From a virus (taxonomy: Duplodnaviria; Caudoviricetes): DNA of 64,000 bases. Location: positions 18,354 through 82,353 of the IMG/VR virus record IMGVR_UViG_2932572697_000002. One strand, given 5' to 3'. A program made the position numbers and the translations under genes. The notes beneath the pieces are model-generated. The model was not told the origin of the DNA. It was given only the letters and a program-made list of their open reading frames with translations, and ran no database searches. Positions within the stretch are counted from its first letter, which is position 1; each line of letters starts with the position of its first letter. Below are positions 56,474 to 64,000 of this stretch, one piece after another.

Positions 56474-57492
56474 CCGACGCCCTCGCCCCGCACCAGCCGG
56501 ACGCCACCCCCGCCGTCTACGACGCTGCGACGCTCGCCGTCCTCGCCGCCATGGAAGAAGCCGCCGAGAAGCACCTCGACGCCATCCGTCCCCACAACAC
56601 CAAGCGCGGCTACGCCAACGACTGGGCACTCTGGTCGGAGTTCCACGGGTGGCTGGGGGAGCGGACCGGACAGGCCCTGCCGCTGACCGCCGTCACCAAG
56701 GGCACGCTCGTCGGGTTCGTCGTCTGGCTCGACACCATCAAGCTCGCCGCACCCAACTCGATCGACCGGCGCATCACCGGGGTCACCGTCACCGCCCGGA
56801 ACGAGCACGGCGTCGAAGTCCCCAAGGCTGCGACTGTCGCCGCCCGGCAAGCCCTCAAGCCCTTGAAGAACGACCCCGAACGCATGGCGCGCGGCAGAGG
56901 CAAAGCCGCCGCCGTCACCCCCGAACAACTCCGCCAGATGAACGCCGCCGTCACCGACGGGGTCACCGGACTCCGCGACCGCGCCCTCTGGCTCATGGCC
57001 TTCGGCATCGCCGGGCGCTCCGCCGAAGTCGCCGCCCTCCGCGCCGACACCATCACCTACGTCAGCCAAGGACTCGAAGTCCACGTCCCCGCCGTCAAAG
57101 GCCGCCCACCCCGCGACGTCGTCGTCCACTACGGCAAGAACGTCGACACCTGCCCAGTCCGCGCCTGGCTCACCTGGAGGGCCGCCGCAGGCATCACGTC
57201 GGGCCCCGCCTTCCTGCCCATCACCGTCCACGGCCACCTCGGCAACCACACCCTCTCCCCGGAAGCCGTCCGCGAGATCATCGCCCGCAACGCCGAGAAG
57301 GCAGGCATCGCCGTCCGCCTCACCGGCCACAGCATGCGAGCCGGGTTCATCACCACCAGCCGCAAGGCCGGGAAGCGCGAAGAGAAGATCCGCGAGCAGT
57401 CCGGGCACGCCGAAAACAGCCCCGCCTTCTGGGGGTACATCCGCGAGGCCGACAAGTGGACCGACGCCGCGAGTGAGGACATCGGGCTCTGA
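56470..57492 (+). CDS. Cre-like tyrosine recombinase (resolvase/integrase)
   Basis: NTKRGY..DW, RDRAL..GRSAEV, K, GHSMRAG, SGH, Y. Confidence 0.9.
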   Translation: MTDALAPHQPDATPAVYDAATLAVLAAMEEAAEKHLDAIRPHNTKRGYANDWALWSEFHGWLGERTGQALPLTAVTKGTLVGFVVWLDTIKLAAPNSIDRRITGVTVTARNEHGVEVPKAATVAARQALKPLKNDPERMARGRGKAAAVTPEQLRQMNAAVTDGVTGLRDRALWLMAFGIAGRSAEVAALRADTITYVSQGLEVHVPAVKGRPPRDVVVHYGKNVDTCPVRAWLTWRAAAGITSGPAFLPITVHGHLGNHTLSPEAVREIIARNAEKAGIAVRLTGHSMRAGFITTSRKAGKREEKIREQSGHAENSPAFWGYIREADKWTDAASEDIGL

Positions 57493-57695
57493 TCAACCGT
57501 TTCCGGTCACACCTCTACCCCTGTGGCCGGTTCGGGTGCATCGTTGCTCTTGCGGCGCCGGATTCCCGCCAGGTTGAGGGCCCCGTTTCAGGCCCTGCCT
57601 GCGTCTACCCCCGTCGTGGGCGGGGCCTGCCGCTCCTCCCGGCTCCCCACGGGAGGCCAAGCGGCTGCCCGGGGCTTCCTGTGCCTGCCGGCGTG

Positions 57696-58034
57696 CTACT
57701 CCAGCAGCCCGAGTTCGGTGTCGGGCCGGCAGTGGGTGCAGGCGTTGACGCCTTGGCTGATGAGCTCGACGGCTTGGTCGCGGTTGATGGTGCGCCGCCT
57801 CTTCCCTGCCATGTGGCATCCGCCAACATGTACGTCGACGGGTGGCGCGCCTTGTCCGATGCCGAGCTCGACGATCCAGTCGGGGGTGGCTTCCGCTCGT
57901 TGCTGCTCCAGGCGCTGCTGGGCTGCCTGCTCCTGCTCGGCCTTCTTGATTGCCTCATCGATGCGTCCGAGCCACATGGCGTACCAGGTCCACAGTGTGC
58001 GGAGGCGGTCGAGGTCGGGCGGCAGGTCGTACAT
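57696..58034 (-). CDS. DUF6233-like protein
   Basis: LPPDL.RLRTL, VHVGGC.M, C.HCRPD..L. Confidence 0.8.
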   Translation of the reverse strand: MYDLPPDLDRLRTLWTWYAMWLGRIDEAIKKAEQEQAAQQRLEQQRAEATPDWIVELGIGQGAPPVDVHVGGCHMAGKRRRTINRDQAVELISQGVNACTHCRPDTELGLLE

Positions 58035-58047
58035 GCGTTCGAGTCTA
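58027..58047 (-). promoter_or_regulatory. LexA (SOS) box over a leaderless start
   Basis: TCGAAC-GCAT-GTACGA on minus strand, preceded by TAGACT. Confidence 0.7.
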
Positions 58048-58166
58048 ATGCGGTCGGCCCCCTTGGGTGCGCGGGGTGGAACTAACGTGAGCTAACGGCA
58101 GACAGATGAGTCGTGCCACGCTACTCTCATTAGGCGGACATCAATTCGCGTCTGTAGAAACGAGGA

Positions 58167-58592
58167 ATGGTGAAGATCACGATCACCGTCGAGCAGCCCG
58201 CCGGAGACTTCCAGGAGAAGCTCCTCGCCCTGCTCGCCGACCACGCCGCTGACATTGAGCCCGACACCACCTGGACCAAGGAGCGAGCCGAGCGCCTCTA
58301 CCTGGCCCTGCCGACCAACGCGCGCCGCATCATCAAGGAAGCCGCCAACCGGGGCGGCTACGTCTCCGCCGACGACCTACGCAGCGGAGAGGACAGCAGC
58401 CTTCGCGGCCACAGCGCAGCCATCAAGCGGGCCGTCGACCGGGGCGCACGAAGCGGCTGGTGGCCGAACACCCTTGAGTCGCCGATCCAGGCTCAAGGCC
58501 CCGGCTTCGGCAAGGTCGTCGGGTACCTCATCCCCGAAGACCTCGTCGAGACCTTCAAGTACGCCGCCAACAAGCCCACCCGCGACTGGTAA
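58167..58592 (+). CDS. Hypothetical protein
   Basis: GAGGA RBS. Confidence 0.7.
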   Translation: MVKITITVEQPAGDFQEKLLALLADHAADIEPDTTWTKERAERLYLALPTNARRIIKEAANRGGYVSADDLRSGEDSSLRGHSAAIKRAVDRGARSGWWPNTLESPIQAQGPGFGKVVGYLIPEDLVETFKYAANKPTRDW

Positions 58593-58619
58593 CGCACCCC
58601 ACCACAAGGAGGCACGATC

Positions 58620-59366
58620 ATGGGACGTGAAGTCCGCCGAGTTCCGCTCGACTTCGACTGGCCGCAGAACAAGGTGTGGGAAGGGTTCCTCACCCCCGAT
58701 CGCCTGCACGAGGACCGCTGCCCCAACTGCACTCGCGGATACACCGCAGCCGCTGAATGGCTCCAGGTTCTCGCCAGCAGGATGGACATGCTTGGCAGCG
58801 ACATCGCCGACCAGAAGCGCGGACGCCCGCTCCACCCTTGGCTCGCGCAGGACAGCTACCCGCCGAACGACGCCCAGTACCAGGTGGTGCGCCCGTCGGA
58901 AGACATCCTCGACCTCCTCGCCGGTCTTACCGGAGAGGGCAAGGAACGTCTCCTGAATCCGCTGCGGGGTGGGGATGGCTACCGCATCGCCCGGAAGATC
59001 GTGGAAGCTGCCGGGCTTGACCCGAAGGCGTGGGGCGTCTGCCCGGCATGCAATGGGCACGGCAGCATCGAGAAGTACGAGGGGCAGCGCGCTGAGGCCG
59101 AGGCGTGGGAGCCGAGTGACCCTCCCGAGGGTGAAGGCTGGCAGCTATGGGAGACGGTCAGCGAGGGGTCTCCGATCAGCCCCGTGTTCGGATCGGCCGA
59201 CGGCTTGGCTGGGTGGATGTCGGACCCGGCGCGAGGAGATCGTTGGGTGCCCCAGGACGTGGCAGCCAAGTTCATTGACGACGGGTGGGCCCCCAGCTTC
59301 GTCGGCACCCCCGCCACCGGACTTGTATCCGGCGTCGAATGGGTCGGCCACCACACCACCGAGTAG
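58620..59366 (+). CDS. Conserved phage hypothetical protein
   Basis: MGREVRRVP, PPEGEGWQLWETVSEGSPISPVF. Confidence 0.75.
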   Translation: MGREVRRVPLDFDWPQNKVWEGFLTPDRLHEDRCPNCTRGYTAAAEWLQVLASRMDMLGSDIADQKRGRPLHPWLAQDSYPPNDAQYQVVRPSEDILDLLAGLTGEGKERLLNPLRGGDGYRIARKIVEAAGLDPKAWGVCPACNGHGSIEKYEGQRAEAEAWEPSDPPEGEGWQLWETVSEGSPISPVFGSADGLAGWMSDPARGDRWVPQDVAAKFIDDGWAPSFVGTPATGLVSGVEWVGHHTTE

Positions 59367-59380
59367 TGAGGACCATGACC

Positions 59381-59620
59381 ATGAGCGACACACCGGCCGC
59401 CCGAACGAGCGCCAGCCAGATGACCCGCATCGCTGACGAGCTGGCAACCAAGGCGCAGACCCTGTCCGAGGAACTGGCCCGTTTCGCGGGGGACGTTGAC
59501 CGGGGTATCGCCTGCGGCGACATGCCGCAGATCGCGAGCGGCGTTCAGCAGCTCCTGCTTCAGGCGACTCGCCTGGACGCAATGCGGGAGATGTCCGAGC
59601 TCTGGGCAGCCGAGCAGTGA
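59381..59620 (+). CDS. Hypothetical protein
   Basis: Start in repeat 1. Confidence 0.65.
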   Translation: MSDTPAARTSASQMTRIADELATKAQTLSEELARFAGDVDRGIACGDMPQIASGVQQLLLQATRLDAMREMSELWAAEQ

Positions 59621-59631
59621 AGACCACAACC

Positions 59632-59805
59632 ATGCCGACCTACCGCGTGTACGGCACGGCCAAGGCGTCCCCGGCCGACACCGACTGGGAGCTGCTGGTC
59701 GAGACACCGGATCCGGTGAAGGCGACCGAGCTGGTCCATGAGTCCGAGGGAACCTTCTGGCGCCGCCTCACCGAGGACGGGCACGTGGTCCTCGACAGGG
59801 TCTGA
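59632..59805 (+). CDS. Hypothetical protein
   Basis: Start in repeat 2. Confidence 0.65.
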   Translation: MPTYRVYGTAKASPADTDWELLVETPDPVKATELVHESEGTFWRRLTEDGHVVLDRV

Positions 59806-59845
59806 CCCGCACGACACCAAATCCCTAGCAGTGAGGACCACGACC

Positions 59846-60085
59846 ATGACGACTGCCAATGGGGAGCCCGAAGGCACCCACCACTACATCCTGACTCTTC
59901 AGACGTCCACGCCGAACGGGTACACCATCACGACCAACAGCGGTGCGTACACGCCTCCGGAAGAAGGGGAGACGCGCTACCAGAGCTTCCATGCGCTCCT
60001 GCGGCACGTCGGCGGTGAGTCCTCCGGCGCATCCGTCCTGTTCTTCTCCTTGGAGCCGAACTTCACCGCTCGGCCGACTGGGTAA
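59846..60085 (+). CDS. Hypothetical protein
   Basis: Start in repeat 3; HYILTLQ..VLFFSLEPN. Confidence 0.65.
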   Translation: MTTANGEPEGTHHYILTLQTSTPNGYTITTNSGAYTPPEEGETRYQSFHALLRHVGGESSGASVLFFSLEPNFTARPTG

Positions 60086-60234
60086 GCCCGAACGGCGCGA
60101 CGCCTCGGCCAAGGTCTAGTTGGCCGGGGCATCGCCGTGTCAGCGTATCGCCCACCCCACCCCCGCCTGCCCTGCCACACTGGCATTGCCCCCGTCGCCT
60201 CCCCCGTCGACGGGGGCACCCCGAGGAGGACGCT

Positions 60235-60489
60235 GTGACGTACCGCCCGTACCCGAACGCCGACCGCGCACTGCGGCAAGTCAAGCGAACCAGGGCGGTC
60301 TACCTGTACGGACGCTTCCCGCAGCGATACGTCCTCGGGATCGACCACGAGAAGCTGGCCGCCGACGCCCGCCGCGCGCTCGCGGTCGCTGCCGAAGCGA
60401 CGGCACCGATCCTGCGGGCTGTTGAAGGCGTCCGCGCCCCGGCTGCCCTGGCTGCTGCCGGTCTCGCCCAGGTGCGCCACGCCGGTTGA
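60235..60489 (+). CDS. Hypothetical protein
   Basis: GAGGAGG RBS; YRPYPN.DRAL. Confidence 0.65.
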   Translation: MTYRPYPNADRALRQVKRTRAVYLYGRFPQRYVLGIDHEKLAADARRALAVAAEATAPILRAVEGVRAPAALAAAGLAQVRHAG

Positions 60490-60628
60490 TCCCACCCGGA
60501 TTGTCATACTGGGTCCGTAGACTTACGAGACCAACCCCCAGGGCTTTTGGGCCCGCGAAACAGGGTGTTGCTTCTGAACTCGCCCCCGCCCGAGTGGAAC
60601 CGGACGGGGGCGGGGCTGCGTCCGGGGG

Positions 60629-60853
60629 CTACTTGCCGTCCGGCTCCGGGTGCAGCACGGCCTTCTTCGCCGCCTGCTCCAGCTTGAACCGGTTGCCGTC
60701 TCCGGCCTCCTCGGTCACCGCCCGCTGGAACGCTTCTGCTGCCTCCAGCCACGGCGCCCAGCCCTCCACGGTGTACGGCTGGGCCGTTGCCTCCCGGTGT
60801 GCCTCGACAGCAGCACGGCACAACTGGATCAGGTTCTCACTCGGATTCGCCAC
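60629..60853 (-). CDS. Small hypothetical protein (leaderless, putatively damage-induced)
   Basis: W..AAE.FQ.AVT..E.A.KKAV.HP. Confidence 0.7.
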   Translation of the reverse strand: MANPSENLIQLCRAAVEAHREATAQPYTVEGWAPWLEAAEAFQRAVTEEAGDGNRFKLEQAAKKAVLHPEPDGK

Positions 60854-60859
60854 GGCCGG

Positions 60860-60882
60860 ATCCTAAACGAGGGGTCTGACAA
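60860..60882 (-). promoter_or_regulatory. RecA-NDp/PafBC-type promoter
   Basis: TTGTCAGAC-N8-TAGGAT, 6 nt before GTG. Confidence 0.65.
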
Positions 60883-60904
60883 CAGGCCGTCTGCCATGCT
60901 GGTG

Positions 60905-60977
60905 GAGCGGGTAGCTCAGTGCCAGAGCAGCCGATTCATACCCGGTACAGACGTCGGTTCAATTCCGACCCCGCACA
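60905..60977 (+). tRNA. tRNA(CAT) (Met/Ile2-like), degenerate
   Basis: Cloverleaf: TAGCTCAG..GAGC D arm, TTCATAC loop, GTCGG-TTCAATT-CCGAC T arm; mismatches at 2:71 and 31:39; no CCA. Confidence 0.65.
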
Positions 60978-61041
60978 GGCCCGCTCGTCTGCCACTGGGA
61001 AACCGTGGCACCCGGGGAGGTCCGGTATAGCCGGGCGGGCC
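60978..61041 (+). ncRNA. Putative three-way-junction RNA downstream of tRNA
   Basis: 10-bp closing stem enclosing a GAAA-tetraloop hairpin and a second hairpin. Confidence 0.35.
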
Positions 61042-61092
61042 GCTGACGGTGTGGCGTCCAGGGGACGTCATCGATCGGACCGCCAGACAGCG

Positions 61093-61132
61093 ACGCCCGC
61101 CCCCACGCGAGGGGCGGGCGTTCGTGCTTTTT
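61093..61132 (+). terminator. Intrinsic terminator
   Basis: ACGCCCGCCCC..GGGGCGGGCGT followed by T-rich tail. Confidence 0.7.
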
Positions 61133-61222
61133 CGTGCTGTCACGAAAAAGCCAGATCAGAGGGGTTTTCCTGCGATCCCAGGAGGGCCACGCCACACCAC
61201 TTCCGCAGTACCGCGAACGCGA

Positions 61223-61399
61223 TCACGCCGCCTCAGCCACGTCGCCGCGCACAGCCGCAGCCCACTCCACCAACAGCTCCTCATACCGGCAGCGGCCCTT
61301 CTCGGACAGCAGCCCACCCGCCGACAGCAGCGCCCGGATCTCCTCGTTCACAGCGGCCAGCGACCGGGCAGGCGGCGGCACGGCAGGAGGAGTCGGCAT
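61223..61399 (-). CDS. Small hypothetical protein (58 aa, leaderless; absent from ORF track)
   Basis: RSLAAVNEEIRALL..RYEELLVEWAAA. Confidence 0.7.
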   Translation of the reverse strand: MPTPPAVPPPARSLAAVNEEIRALLSAGGLLSEKGRCRYEELLVEWAAAVRGDVAEAA

Positions 61400-61405
61400 G
61401 CGCAG

Positions 61406-61428
61406 AGTCTACGGGCGGACACCGACAA
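61406..61428 (-). promoter_or_regulatory. RecA-NDp/PafBC-type promoter
   Basis: TTGTCGGTG-N8-TAGACT, 6 nt before ATG. Confidence 0.75.
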
Positions 61429-61497
61429 CCAGCCCACGAAAAAAGCCCTGCCCCCTACCCTGTGCAGTGACGAGCTGAACAGAGAAGGGGCAAGGCC

Positions 61498-62751
61498 ATG
61501 CCAAACGATGCTACCCCCAACCCCCACCCCGACCCCCTGGGATTCGGTCAACGCATGCAGATCCTCCGCACCCGACGCGGCATGAGCCGGCCCACCGCCG
61601 CAGGGCTCCTCGGCATGTCCCCCTCCTGGGTAAAACAGCTGGAACGAGGCGAGATCGGCATGCCCAAGCTGCCCGTCGTGCTCCGCATCGCCGAACTCCT
61701 CAGGGTCCGCGACCTATCCGACCTCACCGGCGACCAAACAGCACCAGTCGACCTGTTCATCGGCCCCGGCCACCATCGACTCCCCGCCGTCCGAGCCGCG
61801 GTCAACACCCTCGCCCTCGGCGCCAGCGACAAGCAGGCCCCGGCGGCGGACCACCTCGCGGCTCGGCTCAGCAAAGCTTGGGCGGCGCGGCACCAGGCGC
61901 CCAACCATCGCGAGGTCATCGGCGAACTCCTGCCCGACCTGATCCGGGACGCCCAACTCGCCGTCCGCCAAGCCGACACCGCCACAGACCGGCGCGCGGC
62001 CCAGGCCGTCCTCTCCGAGGTGTACTCCCTCTCCCAATTCTTCATCGCCTACCAGCCCGACAGCGCCCTCTTGTGGCGGGTCGCCGAACGCGGCATGGTC
62101 GCCGCCCAGGAGTCCGAGGAACCTCACGCCATCGGTGTCGCCGCATGGCTCGCCGCACAAGCCCACCGCGACACCGGGCCGGCGCACTTTGATGCGGCCG
62201 ACGACATGACCCGCGAAGCCCTCGCCTTCCTGGAACCCCAGCTCGACGGCGCCGAGGACCGCACCGCCGCGATCACCGGGGCCCTCCAGTTCGAGGCCGG
62301 ATACACGGCGGCGCGGCGCGGCGAGAAGGGCACAGCGTGGGGATGGTGGGACAAAGCCCAGACCACAGCGGCCCGACTGCCGGCCTCCTACTATCATCCA
62401 GTGACCAGCTTCTCCCGGGCCATCATGGGCGCCCACGCCGTCACCATCGCCGTCGAACTCCGGGCCGGTGGGGAGTCTGTCCGCCAGGCCGTCGCTGCGG
62501 ACGCCACCGCGATCCCGTCCCGGCCACGGCTGGCCCGGCACCGCATCGAGGAAGCTCGCGCTTATCAGCTCGACGGGCAGCAGGAGACTGCGCTCGCCAC
62601 CCTGGAGCGCGCCCACCAGGCCGCCCCGGAGACGATCCGGTACAACGGGTACGCCCGCCGCATCGTCCTGGAGGAGACCGAGTCGCGGGTTCCGGCACGC
62701 AGGCAGCGGGCCGCCGTTCTGGCTGAGCAGCTGGGCCTGCTGGCCGCCTGA
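61498..62751 (+). CDS. XRE-family HTH regulator with helical/TPR-like C-terminus
   Basis: GQRMQILRTRRGMSR..AGLLGMS.SWVKQLERG. Confidence 0.88.
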   Translation: MPNDATPNPHPDPLGFGQRMQILRTRRGMSRPTAAGLLGMSPSWVKQLERGEIGMPKLPVVLRIAELLRVRDLSDLTGDQTAPVDLFIGPGHHRLPAVRAAVNTLALGASDKQAPAADHLAARLSKAWAARHQAPNHREVIGELLPDLIRDAQLAVRQADTATDRRAAQAVLSEVYSLSQFFIAYQPDSALLWRVAERGMVAAQESEEPHAIGVAAWLAAQAHRDTGPAHFDAADDMTREALAFLEPQLDGAEDRTAAITGALQFEAGYTAARRGEKGTAWGWWDKAQTTAARLPASYYHPVTSFSRAIMGAHAVTIAVELRAGGESVRQAVAADATAIPSRPRLARHRIEEARAYQLDGQQETALATLERAHQAAPETIRYNGYARRIVLEETESRVPARRQRAAVLAEQLGLLAA

Positions 62752-62845
62752 CCGAACTCATAGGCGAGGGGCAGGATTCCTGCCCCTCGTCCGCCGTTCC
62801 CGCCCTTACGGTCGCTAGACGAAGCCGATCAAGGAGGGCCGAGCC

Positions 62846-63055
62846 GTGAGTACCAGAGCTTTACCACCCGTCACCACTCTCACCGAGGCGCAGCAGCGCG
62901 GTTGGGCGTGCGTCTGGTGCCGGGCAGCACTCGGCATCGGACTCGGTGCGGACCTGGGGGAGCAGAAGGTGACGCCGGCGGAAGGTGCGGCGTACTCCTG
63001 GTTCCCGCGGCAGTGCCCGGACGCCGAGGGTTGCGCGGACAGGGAGGCGTCATGA
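62846..63055 (+). CDS. Small Cys protein (TTA at codon 6)
   Basis: AAGGAGG RBS; QQRGWACVWC. Confidence 0.7.
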   Translation: MSTRALPPVTTLTEAQQRGWACVWCRAALGIGLGADLGEQKVTPAEGAAYSWFPRQCPDAEGCADREAS

Positions 63056-63234
63056 TCTGCGCCCGCTGCGACCAGCCGGTACCGGAGGGGGTCGCGGTCC
63101 GGGTCGACCGGTCTAACTCCATGTCGGGTGCCCACCTGGACGACTGGCTGCACCCGGTTGGGGATCCAGAGTGCCGCCCGTATCCGGCCACCCTGTCACC
63201 GCTCCAGGCCGCTCTGCGCCGCACCACCCGGTAA
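63052..63234 (+). CDS. Small Zn-finger protein
   Basis: MICARCD..H..C; ATGA coupling. Confidence 0.65.
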   Translation: MICARCDQPVPEGVAVRVDRSNSMSGAHLDDWLHPVGDPECRPYPATLSPLQAALRRTTR

Positions 63235-63382
63235 GGGCTTCCTTGCCTCTGGGCTGGGGTTATACGCGCGGTGACGCTGACGCATGGTCAGGGCATCAGT
63301 TGTCACCGGGTACTAGTTTTTCAGTCAAAAGTGAGCAACGCTCGTACCGCTGACTGACCCCAGAGTCAGTAGCCGGAGCGTG

Positions 63383-64000
63383 TCACCGGCTGCGTAGCCT
63401 GATCAGCCATCGATCCACGGGGAGGACGAGATCAGCAGTCTCCACCGGAGCGCCGCCCTCGTCGAGACGCGTCCGCACCAGACGAAAAGCCGTCATGCCC
63501 ACCAGCAGGCCCAGCGCGTGGGCCTGCTCCGTGGTGAGCGGCGCCGTTCCTACCTCCACAACGTGACTGGCGTGCGGTCGCCGCTGGCCGCGCCACCAGG
63601 ACGACACGATCATCGCGGAATGCCCGCCGGGATCCAGGCATTCCACCGTCTCGTGATGCAGCATCACCCCAGGCCTGACTCCCAGCCGGGCGGCAAGCTC
63701 CTCGGTCGCCGGCCGCGGCCGGGTGTCGGTCGTCTCGCTGCTGTACGGCCACGGCAGGTCTGCATCGGTGAGAGTGCGCACAGCAGGAGGATGCGCCACG
63801 GTGACGTGACGCCCCTTCTCTCCGTCGAGAACACCACTCCGGCGGAGCAGGTCGTAGGTGAGGCGGGTCGTCTGCTCGTGGACTTGGTATTCGGTGGCCA
63901 TGTCGCGGCGGGACGGGAGCGCCTGGCCGATGGCCCACTCGCCGGCTCGGATGCGTCGGCGGATGTCGGCGGCGATGCGCCTGTACGCCGCTTCTGGCAT
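63383..64000 (-). CDS. GntR-family regulator with reduced UTRA-like domain
   Basis: YRRIAADIRRRIRAGEW..G..LPS; ATG at window edge. Confidence 0.85.
   Translation of the reverse strand: MPEAAYRRIAADIRRRIRAGEWAIGQALPSRRDMATEYQVHEQTTRLTYDLLRRSGVLDGEKGRHVTVAHPPAVRTLTDADLPWPYSSETTDTRPRPATEELAARLGVRPGVMLHHETVECLDPGGHSAMIVSSWWRGQRRPHASHVVEVGTAPLTTEQAHALGLLVGMTAFRLVRTRLDEGGAPVETADLVLPVDRWLIRLRSR

Larger units (their letters stand above)
59362..59848 (+). repeat. Three 22-bp start-associated repeats AGYAGTGARGACCAYRACCATG
   Basis: 59362, 59613, 59827, each ending in a start ATG. Confidence 0.75.
1..64000. mobile_element. Temperate siphovirus-type (pro)phage of an actinomycete carrying a TraB conjugation module (phage-plasmid-like); both ends lie outside the window
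   Basis: Complete terminase-to-tail gene order, lysis cassette, Rep, recombinase, TraB; no host core genes. Confidence 0.93.

Noticed and set aside
60905-60977. Host tRNA integration site (attL/attR)
   Set aside because: Phage-type genes on both sides and no duplicated 3' fragment seen in the window

Overview
The whole 64-kb window looks like one high-GC actinobacterial (very probably Streptomyces) temperate siphophage or prophage. No host housekeeping genes and no element ends are visible. From left to right it holds: small early genes; a Rep gene with internal palindromic iterons (5.0-6.1 kb); a trio of GntR-related genes (GIY-YIG-GntR, GntR-UTRA, UTRA-only) divergent from a Streptomyces plasmid-type conjugation operon (xis-like HTH, Spd-like membrane proteins, FtsK/TraB, symmetric clt-like repeat locus; 9-16.4 kb); an HD hydrolase; a complete head-tail module (terminase, portal, MuF-like, scaffold, capsid, connectors, tail tube, frameshifted chaperone, tape measure with NlpC/P60-like domain, tail tip; 20.3-42.4 kb); an inverted glycan-modification operon (3 glycosyltransferases, RmlB-like dehydratase, 2OG-Fe(II) oxygenase, methyltransferase; 42.4-49.5 kb); lysis genes; a GDPD tail-spike-like gene; a degenerate and an intact Cre-like tyrosine recombinase; DNA-damage-type promoters; a tRNA(CAT)-like gene followed by structured RNA; and XRE and GntR regulators. 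The most notable observations are (1) a phage that also encodes TraB/clt conjugation, and (2) a hydroxylase-glycosyltransferase operon whose promoter region shares a 17-bp palindrome with the virion-gene promoter regions, suggesting virion glycosylation. All family assignments come from recognising motifs by eye; no searches were run.
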